A stretch of 63,615 nt of DNA, filler included, from Reticulomyxa filosa (Eukaryota; Protista; Foraminifera): NCBI GenBank assembly GCA_000512085.1. It is 19 parts of 19 records of this genome, joined end to end, with 100 filler letters (N's around TTAATTAATTAA, not from the genome) between each part and the next. Parts side by side here need not be neighbours in the genome. Positions count along the whole stretch, not along the records: positions 51,025 to 53,539 come from ASPP01001615.1; positions 53,640 to 57,650 come from ASPP01006650.1; positions 57,751 to 60,933 come from ASPP01020440.1; positions 61,034 to 63,615 come from ASPP01025545.1; 15 more parts are not named here. One strand, given 5' to 3'. Positions 51,640 through 63,615 of the stretch are shown here, one piece after another. Within the stretch, counting starts at the first letter, position 1. Every line of letters begins with the position of its first letter. A program made the translations under genes and the position numbers. Below the pieces are notes generated by a model, which was given only the letters and a program-made list of their open reading frames with translations, did no database searches and had not been told where the DNA came from.

Positions 51640-53313
51640 ATGATTATATATTCATTAGTTGCTTGGATTTATTTTTGTTTGAGCAACTCAAATGCCGCCA
51701 GTACGTCATTTGGGCATGACATGTTACAATATTTTGCGCTGAATCCAAATTACACTAACTTTAACTTTGGTGTTTTTTAAGTGTACATTAAAAAACTTGT
51801 ACACGCAATAAACTTTTTTTTGATATCAAAAGACAAAGAGAAGGGGGGGAAGGGGGGAAAAAAAAACAACGTTTGTAACTAGGTTCATATGGTTCAGCTC
51901 CTTTAAGTGTAATGCAATACCAAGAAGAGATTCGATTGAAGATAGAGAGTTGTCCAGACTGTTGGTTTCGTAACATATCTCCAAATAGTTTTAATCGGCA
52001 ATCGTATTTGACGTCGCTATTGCAACGTTTAGCGAGATATCTTGGAATAGAAAACTGGGAGGATTTGGTGTTTATAACCAATGCTTCACATGGTGTAAAT
52101 GCAGTGTTACGAAGCATAGGAGAAGAAATATATGACCAGCAATGTGGGGGTGCTGCATGCAAGCTATTGTATTTAAGCACGGCATATCCAATGGTTAAGA
52201 ACACCATGGCATTCCTTGTGTCGACCTTTTCGAATGAGCAATTGGTCGAAGTCAATGTCACTACTCCAATGTTGTCCAATAACACTTTGTTACTACAAGC
52301 AATCGAACAAGCCATTCAAATGGAAATCAACAATAACAATGGTAAAAACCCTATTTATTTGGCAAGTTTTAGTCATATCACATCCACTCCTGCTGTCATT
52401 CTACCTGTGGCACAGATCATTGCGCTGTGCAAAAAATATGGAATCTTGACTTTGATCGATGGAGGTATTCTTTATCTTTGCACACTAATATACATACTGA
52501 TACTATTTTTGTCAATATAACAAATGTGTACGTATACGTATATGGGCATGTGCAACGGGAGAGTGTTTTTTTTTAATAAAAAAAATTACTCTAAGAAGTA
52601 TATACATACATATATGTATAACCAGCCCATGTACTTGGCCAAATTCCAGTCAATGTCAGTACTTTAGATCCTGATTTTTATTTGTCGAATGGACACAAAT
52701 GGCTGTATTCGTCACGTGGTTCGGCAATCTTGTACGTGAAGAAAGACTACCAAAATCTTATTTTCCCTGTTTGTATCAGCAATTTGGGGGAAGGTGATAC
52801 ACCATTTCAAAAGCAGTTTTTATATCAAGGCACCAATGATGATAGTTTTGTAGACCTTTTTTTTCCCCTCCCTCCTCTTTTCTCTTCAAACGTGCCGGAT
52901 TTTGAATGCTTTTCTTTTGACTTTGAATTTCACAAGGTGGTTGGCTGAGTATGGATGGGGCCTTGAATTTCCGCGAACAATGGGGCGACACGGCCATTAT
53001 GCAATATATGCATAACTTGGCTGTTGATGGGGGCTATACTTTGGCCAACATGTGGGACACAAATGTAATGACGACAAACAATGATACCATTGGGGCTCTT
53101 GTCAACGTGCAGCTACCAACACAAAATAGTACTGAGGTCACTATGCTGCAAACTACACTTTTTGATAATTATTTCACTTACATGGTTGTATTCCAATTTC
53201 AAAATGTCTGGTACACAAGATTGTCTGCTCAAATCTTTCTTGAATTAAGCGACTTTGTGTGGTTAGGACAAACTTGCTTGAACATTTTACAAAAAATGCG
53301 ACAACCCAAATAA
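51640..53313 (+). CDS. Class V PLP enzyme, Egt2 / L-cysteine desulfhydrase / isopenicillin N epimerase-like (4 exons)
   Basis: FGHDMLQYFALNPNYTNFNFG|SYGSAP, FITNASHGVNAVLRS, SHITSTPA, IDG|AH, SNGHKW (PLP Lys), QGTND and YTRLSAQIF. Three GT-AG introns preserve the frame. Confidence 0.9.
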
Positions 53314-53694
53314 AGATCTCAAACCAAACTACATTTTCTTGTAGTGTTTTAAATTATCTCACGGTGTAATTTATTTTTTTTATGGTTGGATTTTTTTTTT
53401 TAATGACGGATTTCGCATGTTTAAAAGTTTTTGATGAAATAATCTTGACTTTTTGAAGATTTGATGATAAAAAAAATAATTATTTATATATTTGGTCCAT
53501 TAATAAATCGGCAAATAAAATATGTTTTTTTTTTTTTTTNNNNNNNNNNNNNNNNNNNNNNNNNNNNNNNNNNNNNNNNNNNNTTAATTAATTAANNNNN
53601 NNNNNNNNNNNNNNNNNNNNNNNNNNNNNNNNNNNNNNNTTTTTTTTTTTTTTTTGTTTTAAAAAAAAAAATAATAATAATAATAAATAAACAG

Positions 53695-54544
53695 AAAATT
53701 GACTTTTTGCAAGTCAAAAGACATTGCGATCCTTTGCTATGCGATACATTGGAAGAGATTTTGACTCAAAAAGCGATTTCGAAACAGTGCTTGAATACGT
53801 CATGCAATCACTCGAATGTGCTGTTTGATCCTACACGAACCGATTTCGTTTGTGAGCGATGCAACAAAAGCAATTGTCTACGTTGCAATCTCTTGCACGA
53901 ACCAAGTGACGACTGCAAACACTTTTTGTTCAATCAAAGCAACGCTTTCCGAAAGAAGTGGACAGGCGTGCATCAAGAAAGCACTACGGTGTTGTTACAG
54001 TCAGTCACACCCAACTCGGAAGAGTGGAATGAAGTTTCGAGAAATTTCTGTCTTTTTTTTTTTTTTTTTTATCGTTTCTGTCGTTCCTCCCCCCCCCCCT
54101 TTTTTTTTTTTTTTAAATGTATGTACGCAAAATAATTTTTTGTAGCTCGTTGGCGTGATGAAATATAACAACATTGTAAAAATTGAACGTGTGGAACATA
54201 ATCTTTTATGGCGTAAGTATGCCGAATATTGTGTAAGCCTTGGATCGCAATATTGTGAACAAAAGGTTCATCATGGCACTCGCCAAAACCAACCACAGCT
54301 CATTTACACAAACGGCTTTGATTTGACAAAAGCCAAAGTCGGACATTGTCTGTGGTTTGCTGTCGAGTCCCAATACAGTCGCAATGGCTATCAGTTTAGC
54401 CTTTCTAACGGACAAGCCCAGATTTTTATTTCATTGATTGCCAGTGGCAATCCAGAACATGTCAAATTTATTCGTGGCAATACCGTTTTGAATGTTTACA
54501 AAAATGAAGCTACATACCCTGCTTATCTTGTTACTTTTCGCTAG
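53695..54544 (+). CDS. IBR zinc domain fused to a PARP-like ADP-ribosyltransferase domain, 5'-truncated
   Basis: CLNTSC...CERC...CLRCNLLH...C (IBR), then SEEWNE|LV...IVKIERVEH.LW..Y, HHGT, GFD, WFA..SQYS and YPAYLVTF. Confidence 0.8.
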
Positions 54545-55266
54545 CACTGTGTTCCATTCCTTTAGTATTTTTAAAATTTATGTTAGTCTGTTCTTCTTAT
54601 TGTTACTATCATTTTTATTTTTCCCTTCTCTTTTCTCAGTTTAGACAATTGTACCGTTGCAAATTCTTTAATCATATATTTTCTGCACGCAAATAATAAC
54701 TTTTAGCCTTTTTTTAATCATAGCTTAAACTAGTATCTTGCAGCCTGCATTGCAAAATTCACTGAAAAGAAAGCACTCAAAAAAATAACTGCAAGAGGCA
54801 AGTGATTTAACGACTGTTGCTCTTTTTGTTTGGGGTTTTCTCGAATAAAAGAAATTTTTGGATAAATTTTTTAGGTGAACAAAGAAGATGTTCGAAATAT
54901 CAACTTTCTTGGCAGGTTTGTCAAATGAAGCCGAGTGTCTACCACAATTACGGAATAATATGCCAGTAAGGTCGCAATCAGAGCTTGCGTTATTTTTTTT
55001 TTTGGGTAAGTCGATAAGTATTTTTGTTTGAAAGACAAATGGTGTTATATTGTTGCAGATGGATTGAAGAGAAGAGGGGAAAGAAAAAAAAAAACAAAAA
55101 TGTTCACCAACAAAGAGATACATCTTTGAAACCTCTCTTTCTCTCATTCTGTCGGAATGTAAAAAAAACATTCGGGAAGTTCTTTTCACTTTACTTCTTT
55201 TTATTATTCGCACGTCGTATATGCGGGAAAACCAAAAAAAAAGAACTTGTTGTGTGAAAATGACAG

Positions 55267-56445
55267 CTGGCTCTGTGCTCATTATGGCGACACGTAGTGC
55301 AATACATATTTTCCAACATAGCAAATAACTTGGCCACAAAGGAGTACGGTGACAGTGCGATGCCAAAGTTTGCAGAAATGATGCGAGATAAAAGTAAGTT
55401 GGAGCTGTTGAACGAAGTGACCAAGTTGAAAAACTTTAAAAGACTGGCCAATTTGAAAGCAAGAGACGATGCGAAAAGTCCGAGATCGCCAAGAAATGAA
55501 ATTAAGAATGAGGCAAACGCATCCAATGTGTCGCACACTACGTACAAAGAAGATTTCCAATCCTGGCTTTCTTCCCTTTCCAGTTTTTTTTTTTTTTTTT
55601 TAAATACCCCTTTTTTTATAAAAAAAAATAAAAACGCACCTTTTTTAAAAATAAAAAAAAAAAAAGCGCGAAGTGGCAAACAATTTCCAATGAAAAAATT
55701 AAGTGAAGAAACCGGACTTAGTGAAAAAGAAATAATTGGGTACTGGAAGTATAATTACACCACACAACAAAAGAAAGAACTGATGGAGAAATACTTGGAA
55801 GAGTTGTGGAAGTGCCTGACGGTAGGGTTCAATTCGTTTTACGGATGCTATGTGATGTGGAACCAAGCCTCGTTTTGGCATTCGGAATTGCTTTGGAAAC
55901 AATTTCCTCAAATCGAAACCCCTTCGATGACACTGTTCTATGGGCTTGGCATTGGATACCATTTGCATCGTGCAGTGTTTCAGTTCTTTGATCACCAAAG
56001 AAAAGACTTTTTAGCGATGGTGCTACACCATTGGACCACAGTTGGGCTGATCTGGTTTTCATGGCATTATGGATTAACCGAATGTGGGACCATTGTCATG
56101 TTTTGCCACGATGCAACCGATTTCTTGTTAGCTGCTGGGAAAGTGTGCGCGTATCATCACTCCACGTTTTTTAAAGAAGTCATTTTTGCTTTGTTTGTCA
56201 GTCATTGGATTCTTGTTCGCATGCTTTTGTTTGCTAAGAAAGTCGTCATCACTTCTACCATTGACACTGTACCCTCCCATTCTTGCCATTGGGCTTGGTA
56301 TTTCTTCATCCCCGGCTTGTGGGTTTTGCTTTTCTTGCATTTCTATTGGCTTACGTTCATTTTCGGTGTCATTTATCGAAAAGTCTTTTTGAAGAAATCA
56401 GTCGTTGACAATAGAAGTGATTCCGACACTTGGCAGGAAGAATAA
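55267..56445 (+). CDS. Ceramide synthase (LAG1/TLC domain); first exon unresolved
   Basis: Lag1 motif RKDFLAMVLHH...GTIVMFCHDATD and terminal DNRSD. In-frame 84-nt intron at 55583-55666. Confidence 0.9.
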   Translation: MALCSLWRHVVQYIFSNIANNLATKEYGDSAMPKFAEMMRDKSKLELLNEVTKLKNFKRLANLKARDDAKSPRSPRNEIKNEANASNVSHTTYKEDFQSWLSSLSSFFFFFLNTPFFIKKNKNAPFLKIKKKKARSGKQFPMKKLSEETGLSEKEIIGYWKYNYTTQQKKELMEKYLEELWKCLTVGFNSFYGCYVMWNQASFWHSELLWKQFPQIETPSMTLFYGLGIGYHLHRAVFQFFDHQRKDFLAMVLHHWTTVGLIWFSWHYGLTECGTIVMFCHDATDFLLAAGKVCAYHHSTFFKEVIFALFVSHWILVRMLLFAKKVVITSTIDTVPSHSCHWAWYFFIPGLWVLLFLHFYWLTFIFGVIYRKVFLKKSVVDNRSDSDTWQEE

Positions 56446-56957
56446 ACCTTATAATCACATTACACAAATTTGTAACATTTTGTTTGTTTTGTTTTTTTTT
56501 TTTTTTGGAATTACCTTGCTATTGCATGGCCCTTTAATCATCACCATCCTCCCTTCTCTACTCTCCTTGTCACCTTTTGTTGATGTGTGTAAATTTTCGT
56601 GTCTTACAAAGCTTTTGTTTTGGTTTGACTTTTCTTTTCATTTTTTTTTATGGTTTTGGTTCTGCGTTTTTTTTCTTCCCTCACGATTAACACACATTTT
56701 TCGCAATACCTTGTTTTCTTTATTGTTGTTTTTGGTTTATTACGGAACAAAAAATTAAAATAAGAGAAACCAATCCTGGGTTTAAACATTTCTAAATGAA
56801 CGAGACTTGTAAATTGAGGTTAATTGGTTTTTTTTTTGTGTGGAAAAGTCAAGGATTTGTGTTCATTACAACATACCAGTAACTTCGCATTTTGTAAACA
56901 CAGAATTAGTCACAGTTCTCAACTTGCCCTCCCCTTTGATTTGACATCAAATAAAAA

Positions 56958-57650
56958 ATGGCATTAACAAAGCCATTGAAAAGATCACAAACTGCAAAAG
57001 AAGGACTGAGAAGGGAAATAATGGTTGAAACAGAAAAATCCAAAGAAAAGCCAAGCGACAACAAACAAAAGCCGCAAATGTTTTTACGAAGAGGCGAAGA
57101 TGAAAAGAAAAGCAAAGATAAAACTAAATCAGATAATCCTCGAACAATAAAACGACTGTTGAAACAGCAGGGAATGAAAGAGAGTGAAGTGTATGATTAC
57201 ATGTTGACAATGAAAGAGCTGACGGAATCACAGCAAAAAACAATTGATAGCCTGCGGCGATATTTGAAGCAATATCACAAGCAACAACAAGAGTACAATG
57301 AATTGCGACAAGAATATCAAGCGTTACAAAGCAGATGCACCGAGTTAGAAAAAATAATCAATGACGCAACAGTGCCGGCCAATGCTCTCAACAATCCAAC
57401 AGCCTCCGTTGTGCAATCACAAGATCAAGTCAATAGTAATGATCTTATTCTTCAAAAAATCAAAACTGTCTTCCAAAGGGCACGTAGTCAAGATGATCTT
57501 GATTCTAATTCTTCTCAAGTCAGTGTTAATATATGTATATATTTTTGTTTGTTTGATTATTTGTTTTTGATTTCGCATATTTTGTTGGTCATAACGTGGC
57601 AAAAAAAAAAAAAAGGTGACAAACAATACGAATGGGCAATGGGAATTCAA
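56958..57650 (+). CDS. Coiled-coil protein N-terminus, 3'-truncated
   Basis: ATG ORF with heptad-rich segment and an intron near 57520-57615. Confidence 0.55.
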
Positions 57651-58025
57651 NNNNNNNNNNNNNNNNNNNNNNNNNNNNNNNNNNNNNNNNNNNNTTAATT
57701 AATTAANNNNNNNNNNNNNNNNNNNNNNNNNNNNNNNNNNNNNNNNNNNNGCAAGCAAGATTTATTATTAAATTGTCATATTCAAGTACAGCATATAAAA
57801 GAAATAAGTCCATGGATTTCTAATGATTTAATTTAATAGAAAACGTATTATGTTAAATTGCGAAGAAAGTTTTTTCATTATGCTAGTGATACATTTTTCC
57901 TTTATTGGAAATCATTACTTCATTATACATTTGCACAAAGCCTGAATACTGTTTCAAAGACAAAAAATAACACAAAATGAAAAGCTAGAGAAAATATCAA
58001 AATTGCCAGTGAAAATAACGATTGC

Positions 58026-59789
58026 TCAGGTTCGGATGTGCTTGTCGGTAGAATGACTGCCAAAAGTTCGGTTCCATTGATCAAACTTGTTGAGACTGCT
58101 TAACTTATAGCTAGGTTTAATATTATTCAATGAGCTCTTAAAATGTTCAAAAGTAATAGGAGGGACTGATCCACCTGTCAGAACTTGCATTCCGAGATCT
58201 CGGATAGGTCCCATTGCCGCATCACTTACTAAATTGGATATATCACTTGCAGAGTAGCCAGAGGTTAATTCCGTTAATTCCTTGAACTCGGATTTGCTCA
58301 ATCTAAAGTGCTGATTGTTTCCAAGCGCTTTTTTAATGATCATCTGTCGTTGTTCCGGAGTTGGCAGAGGAACCATTATTCGCTTTTGAAAGCGCCTTAA
58401 CACAGCCTCATCCAATTCCCAAGGTGTGTTGGTGGCTCATTTTTTTTTTTTTTGGAGTCAATATGTTATGAATCAAAATTAAAAAAAAAAAAAAAGATGG
58501 GGGGGGGGGGGGGGGAAAAAAAGACTCAGCCAACCCCACAAATAAGATTCTTGCATCTCCTTTGTCGGATTGAACACCGTCCATTTGAACTAAGAATTCA
58601 GTTTTCATCCGCAGGGAAGATTCTTGCTCATTGCCCCTGCCACGTGCAGTAAGAAGCGAGTCAATTTCATCAATAAAAATTATGCTAGGACTACGTCGAC
58701 GGGCCACTTCAAACAATGCACGTACTAATTTTTCGCCTTCGCCAACATATCGACTGGTCAACGACGACGCACTCACACACAGAAATGTTGCATTACATTC
58801 ACCTGCCACTATTTCCCAACAAAAAAAAAAAAAAAAAAAAGTTGTACGTATACCAATGATCATTGGAGTTGCACTTACGAAAATAAAATAAAATAAATTA
58901 TGGCAAACATGCTTTCGCAATAAACGTTTTCCCGTTGCCAGGAGGTCCAAACAAGAGCAGTCCCTTGGGCGGTTTTCGTGCTCCGATAAACAATTCAGGT
59001 CTTCGGGCAGGTAGCACAACTGCTTCAAATAGTGCTTGCTTCACGTTCGTCAATCCGATGATATCATCAAATTTTGTGTGCAAGTTCGAAGTTACAATTT
59101 CACTTTCAATACGTCGATGCAACGAACTTTCATATTCGGAGGTACTGTTTTTGCTGTCCGAGAGGTCTTGGCCAATATCACTCTGTTTTTTTGCTAACGA
59201 CAGCTGCCGATTTTTTTGTCCAACAGCGCTTGGAAACATAAAATCTTTTGTCGTTCCGTTGATCGTATTGGCTCTTCTTCTTGATGTAGGCATTTCATTG
59301 CCCAGTTCATTTCGGCTGTGTACTTTCCTAAATTTGGAGCCAAACATTTCCTATGAGACATGCAGCGCACATATATTTGGATATGTCTGCCACTTTCGTT
59401 TTGACTTGTGTTTTGTTTCTGAAAAGATGTTTTTGAGAAAGAAAAAGTAAGGCAGAAAAAAAAAAGAGCCATTGTCGATATTAAACTTGCTTCAATTGTT
59501 CTGCCTTAGTCATGTAAATGTTTACAATTTCTTGCTGTTTTTGCTTGGTCTTTGGCTGTGCTGATTGCAATGCTTTGATCATTAACCCCAGACCTCTTTG
59601 GTATTGCTCCATTGCATCTTTTTTTTATTTTTCTTCGCTTTTTCTTCTGCTGCTTCCACCAATGCTTGTCCTGATACGCCATTTTTTTTAACGTTTCTTG
59701 TCTTTACACTTTTTAGCTTGGTGTCCTCTCAAAAAAAACTAACACTATGTTTCACCTTTTTCCCACAGGCTTAGGTCAGAATATGCCAT
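58026..59789 (-). CDS. SPAST: Spastin-like MIT + AAA microtubule-severing ATPase, multi-exon
   Basis: MIT-like exon ([10 protein letters not shown]...[10 protein letters not shown]), [42 protein letters not shown] and [10 protein letters not shown]. Confidence 0.88.
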
Positions 59790-60255
59790 TACGAGAAAGT
59801 ATTCAATCGTATCTCGTGGAATAAATATATTTCAATGATAAGTAGACACTCGGTTTCCTGCAATAGGTCCCTTTTAAGCAAAACTCAAAACGTGAAAAAC
59901 GAAAAGTTTTAAAAACTAAATGTAGAACGAAAGGACTCTTAGTAAATCGCGATAGCAAAACAAAGTCTTTGGATTAAATTGTTGAGTTGTTGGCGTGACA
60001 GAAGAAATACGGATTAACTCCAGAAGAAATTACTAAAAAAATCATAGCTAGCACCAAGAAAACGTATAAAAGAAAACTTAAAAATACTCAAAAAAAAAAG
60101 TACGCATGTTTATTTATTGATTGATTAAGGATTAAAAACAAAAAAAGGTACAACAGTTCATCAGCTTTTTTACTGTAAAACTAACCTTGTTAGCTTCCGT
60201 GACAAACGAAAAAAAGGACTAAATTTTTTTTTTAAAAAAAAAAGGGGGAACGTGG

Positions 60256-60933
60256 ATGAATATATTGGCATCATCTAGTGGTCCAAAACGGGTCAGTTCT
60301 GGGGAGTCTTGGTATAAAGATTGGGAAAAAACAGGACGAAAATATCTTCCAGGAAAGAAAGCGTTAATCGGGGTAGGACTAGTGTTAACAACGTACTTGT
60401 ATTATGAATATGGACCTCAAACGCATGAAAGTATTCCATTGTTTCCCGTGCCATGGAGTAGTATAGATGGGCATATGTCGTGGTTTCAAGCATGCGTAAA
60501 AAATGGGACATTGAATGAGCAGCTGTATTTGATATTTGAAAAAAACTCGAAGCAAAGAATGTACGCCTACTCAATGCCATTGAGGCCAGTGACAGTGTAT
60601 ATAACCGATCCATTGTTAATACAATATATATTCGAGCTAAATCACGACAAGTTGTCGTGTAATGAGATTCTGCAAAGTCAATGGGGAGAGTTGTTTGCAA
60701 GCAATGCAAAGGGTATCTACACAAACGAAAAAGATACTTTGTGGCACGATCATTCGCAGCTCTTCTCTCGGTAATTAGTAAAATATTTGTACATGAATTA
60801 TGTTGCAATCAAATTAAAAAAAAAATTTTTTTTTTTTTTTGTGAATAATTTTAGTGTATTGTCATCAAAGAATTGGAAGAATTATATGTTTTCAACTCTA
60901 GTAAAATGCACACAGAAATTGATGGAAATGTTG
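60256..60933 (+). CDS. Probable cytochrome P450 N-terminal region, divergent and truncated
   Basis: TM anchor plus Pro-rich hinge, then VYITDPLLIQYIF, GELF..GIY...W and FS. The heme motif lies outside the contig. Confidence 0.5.
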
Positions 60934-61033
60934 NNNNNNNNNNNNNNNNNNNNNNNNNNNNNNNNNNNNNNNNNNNNTTAATTAATTAANNNNNNNNNNN
61001 NNNNNNNNNNNNNNNNNNNNNNNNNNNNNNNNN

Positions 61034-61933
61034 AGAACAAATTGTATATCCATTACCACCAATCACACCAACACTATTACTTTTGTCATTATTCTTGTTA
61101 TTGCTTTGTAATGGTGAAATATCAACACACCAAATAACACCTTCATGTCCATTCAAAACATGTAATGGTTTGTATGTTTCAACATCCCATAAACGAATAG
61201 TTTGTCATAGATCCAGAAAATAAATATCTACCACCATTAAAAGGTGAGAATTCAATTCCACCGACCCAACCCTTGTGTTCGTTGAATACTCGCAATTGTT
61301 GATTTTTTTTTAAATCCCAAAAACGAATCGTTCTGTCTTGTGACGAAGAACAAATTACATTGCAACCATTAGTGTAATAGTGATATGGTGACAATTTTAC
61401 GCAATATATATGATCGGAATGCCCATTAAATAATTGAATTTGTTCGTTGTTATCAACATCCCATACACGAACTGTTTTATCATTTGATACTGAACAAATT
61501 AACTGATTACTATCAACCGTTAAATAGTCAATACCCCACACAATATCAGTATGTCCAGTGAGTGTGTTCATTAATTTGGATGATGAACGAAATGTATCCA
61601 GCATGAAAACTGTGGTTGCCTATGTTAAGTGATAATAACAAATAATAAAAGCAAATAGAAATTTAAACATATTGAATGAAACACAAATAAACATAACATA
61701 ATTGACAACAAATTTGTCAAAATCATGAATCCATCCTACTTTAACGTTTAATATTCGGATCCAATGTTGGATAATTACTTTTATCTCTTCTTCTTTTTTC
61801 TCTAACTAATTCAATCACATATTGCACACAATAAATACAGTAAAAACATAAACGTAACTAGCTTTTGAAAAGATACAAAGTTTACCAATGTGAGTTGTGT
61901 TGAAGTTTGTTTTTCATTGTTAATAGTGGTCAT
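61034..61933 (-). CDS. WD40-repeat protein, multi-exon, with a frame disruption near 61205 and 3'-truncated
   Basis: Exons MTTINNEK, EEIKVIIQHWIRILNVKVGWIHDFDKFVVNY, then WD40 repeats paralogous to 11144-11748. Confidence 0.82.
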
Positions 61934-62819
61934 CTTTTAATCTTTTTCAGATATAAGATAAAAATGTTTGAACTTTTTTTTTTCCAAGATGAATGAAAGG
62001 GTGTACACATGTAAATAACAGTCTATTTTTTCAATTGTATTTCTGTCATTAAATCTTTTACAACTTCTAAGCTGATAAACCAGACTTGTAAAAAGCGCGT
62101 TGTCAAATGCATTCTCAAAGAAATTTCCCTCTTTGCGAATTTGCATACCATCAGAAAATTCTGGAATGTCTTAACAATAAATTAAAAAATTCTCTCGAAC
62201 AATTAAGTGCTTAACTAAACGCAAGTTCAAAAAACCCAAAGTGCAAGATTAGAAATTGATAATAAAAAATTAAATAACAGCAAGGTAATTTGATTTTTGC
62301 TTTGCTATTATTGTCCACCAGCTTCATTACAGTATCCTTTTAATTGAAGATAAACCTTATTTGCTTTTGGGTTTGTTATAAAAATAACAAGCTCTTAAAT
62401 TTACCTCCATAAGCGAGGATTTCGTGCTTGTGTTACACATATTGGGAGTCAAGAAGTAGAATAGTCAACTCCTTCAAAGTTTGAAAGATTTGGCTGTTCA
62501 TGTTGAGGAGCTATGAAAGTAGTTTAATTTTCTTAAAAACGGAGAAGTCGTCCTTTTAAGTTTTTTGGATATATCAGATTTTTATTAATTACAATACATT
62601 GAAAATATAGCAATTTTTAAGTCAAACATAGGCATCTGATAGATTAGGAGTATTGTTTTCGAAAATTTTTGTTAAAACCCTTCACATTCAACTAACTATA
62701 AGATGCTCATTGTACCTAATTTTGAACAATTATTTCTTCTCATTGAAGATATCATTAAAATGTTTTGACAACGCTTTCGTCGATTTTGAGACAAAAAGTT
62801 CAAACTTTTTCATCTTATA

Positions 62820-63140
62820 TGGGTGAACAAATTCAAATATTTAATGGGCATATAAGTGGTGTGAGTGCTGTTGAATATTCACCATTCATAGTAAATAATA
62901 TCGAAATTGGTGGTAGTTCAAATGTGATATGTTCTGCGTCAAGAGATAATACAATCTGTTTTTGGGATATTCGATCAAATAAGAAGGAATTATATGTGAT
63001 TAATGGAGATGATGGCGATTATGGAATATATTATCTTAAATTCCAACAATAAAGAAAAAATAAACAAAAAATTATAACAGTGGATGGATTAATCTATGTT
63101 ATGGTCCAAAAAGGGGTTCAATTTATATTTGGGGATCAAA
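62820..63140 (+). pseudogene. Isolated WD40 C-terminal fragment
   Basis: Paralogous to 47211-47570 but lacks upstream repeats and stops prematurely at 63052. Confidence 0.75.
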
Positions 63141-63566
63141 TCATTTTTCACTAAAAAATTTTTGTGTGGTTTGATTCATTAAATGAAATAATTTTTTCTC
63201 ACTAATTGACATAAAGAAAATCTGATTAAAACAAAATCAAATAATTAAATGCAAAAACTTCAATAAAAAACTAATTAAAATCATTTTAAAAAATTAAATG
63301 TAAATGTTATTTCTTCATGGAGAAAGTCATCTCTATAATATGCCTTATCAACAAATTATAAAATTGTACCACATCAAATCTTTACAGAATGGTTGCTAAC
63401 TTTTAAAAATTTTTTAAAACAATTTTCTTTTGGTTCTAAAAAAAATCATAAAACAGAAATTAATCTGCATATTATCAACGTAGTTTTACAAATCCTTTCA
63501 TGGATAAAAGTTCCAAGTTTTAAAACTTGCATCATTATCATCAAAAAAACAACAAAGGTTGAAAAA

Positions 63567-63615
63567 ATGGGCAATTCTGTCAGTAGAAACGAACAACTAC
63601 CAGTAGTAAGCTTCC
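63567..63615 (+). CDS. Possible start of an N-myristoylated protein, cut by the window end
   Basis: AAAAAA-ATG context, MGNSVSRNEQLPVVSF. Confidence 0.35.
   Translation, partial: MGNSVSRNEQLPVVSF

Noticed and set aside
36801-54544. NADAR + PARP-like as a linked toxin-antitoxin system
   Set aside because: They are on different contigs separated by several linkers, so there is no evidence of linkage.
1-63615. tRNA, rRNA, snRNA genes and CRISPR arrays
   Set aside because: None recognised by eye. tRNAscan-SE and Infernal would be needed to exclude them.

Overview
This is not one locus. It is about 19 unrelated short contigs joined by an artificial 100-nt linker (44 N + TTAATTAATTAA + 44 N), so adjacency across linkers is meaningless. 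Seventeen contigs are AT-rich, intron-containing protist DNA. The expanded WD40, TRAF-zinc-finger, HEAT-repeat and caspase-like families, the EFL-type elongation factor and the many pseudogenes suggest a foraminiferan like Reticulomyxa filosa (inference). Two contigs (17256-19267, 33823-35696) are GC-rich, alphaproteobacterial-style DNA. Recognisable eukaryotic genes: PDXDC1-like, ENTH/epsin-like, VAMP, two Ras-like proteins, TRAF-WD40, HEAT repeat, F-box, COPI-associated, RGS, desaturase, NADAR, RING-PHD, paraoxonase-like, Egt2-like lyase, IBR-PARP-like, ceramide synthase, spastin and a P450 fragment. There is also a full-length decayed Tc1 transposon. No multi-gene system can be shown. The best novelty candidates are: (1) a Ras-like family sharing an unnamed N-terminal module, with apparent N-myristoylation and non-canonical GTPase motifs; (2) an IBR domain fused directly to a PARP-like domain; (3) introns with T-rich 5' halves and A-tract acceptors; (4) an Egt2-like enzyme with a signal-peptide-like leader; (5) a candidate mini-Helitron. 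All family calls come from motif recognition by eye, not database searches.
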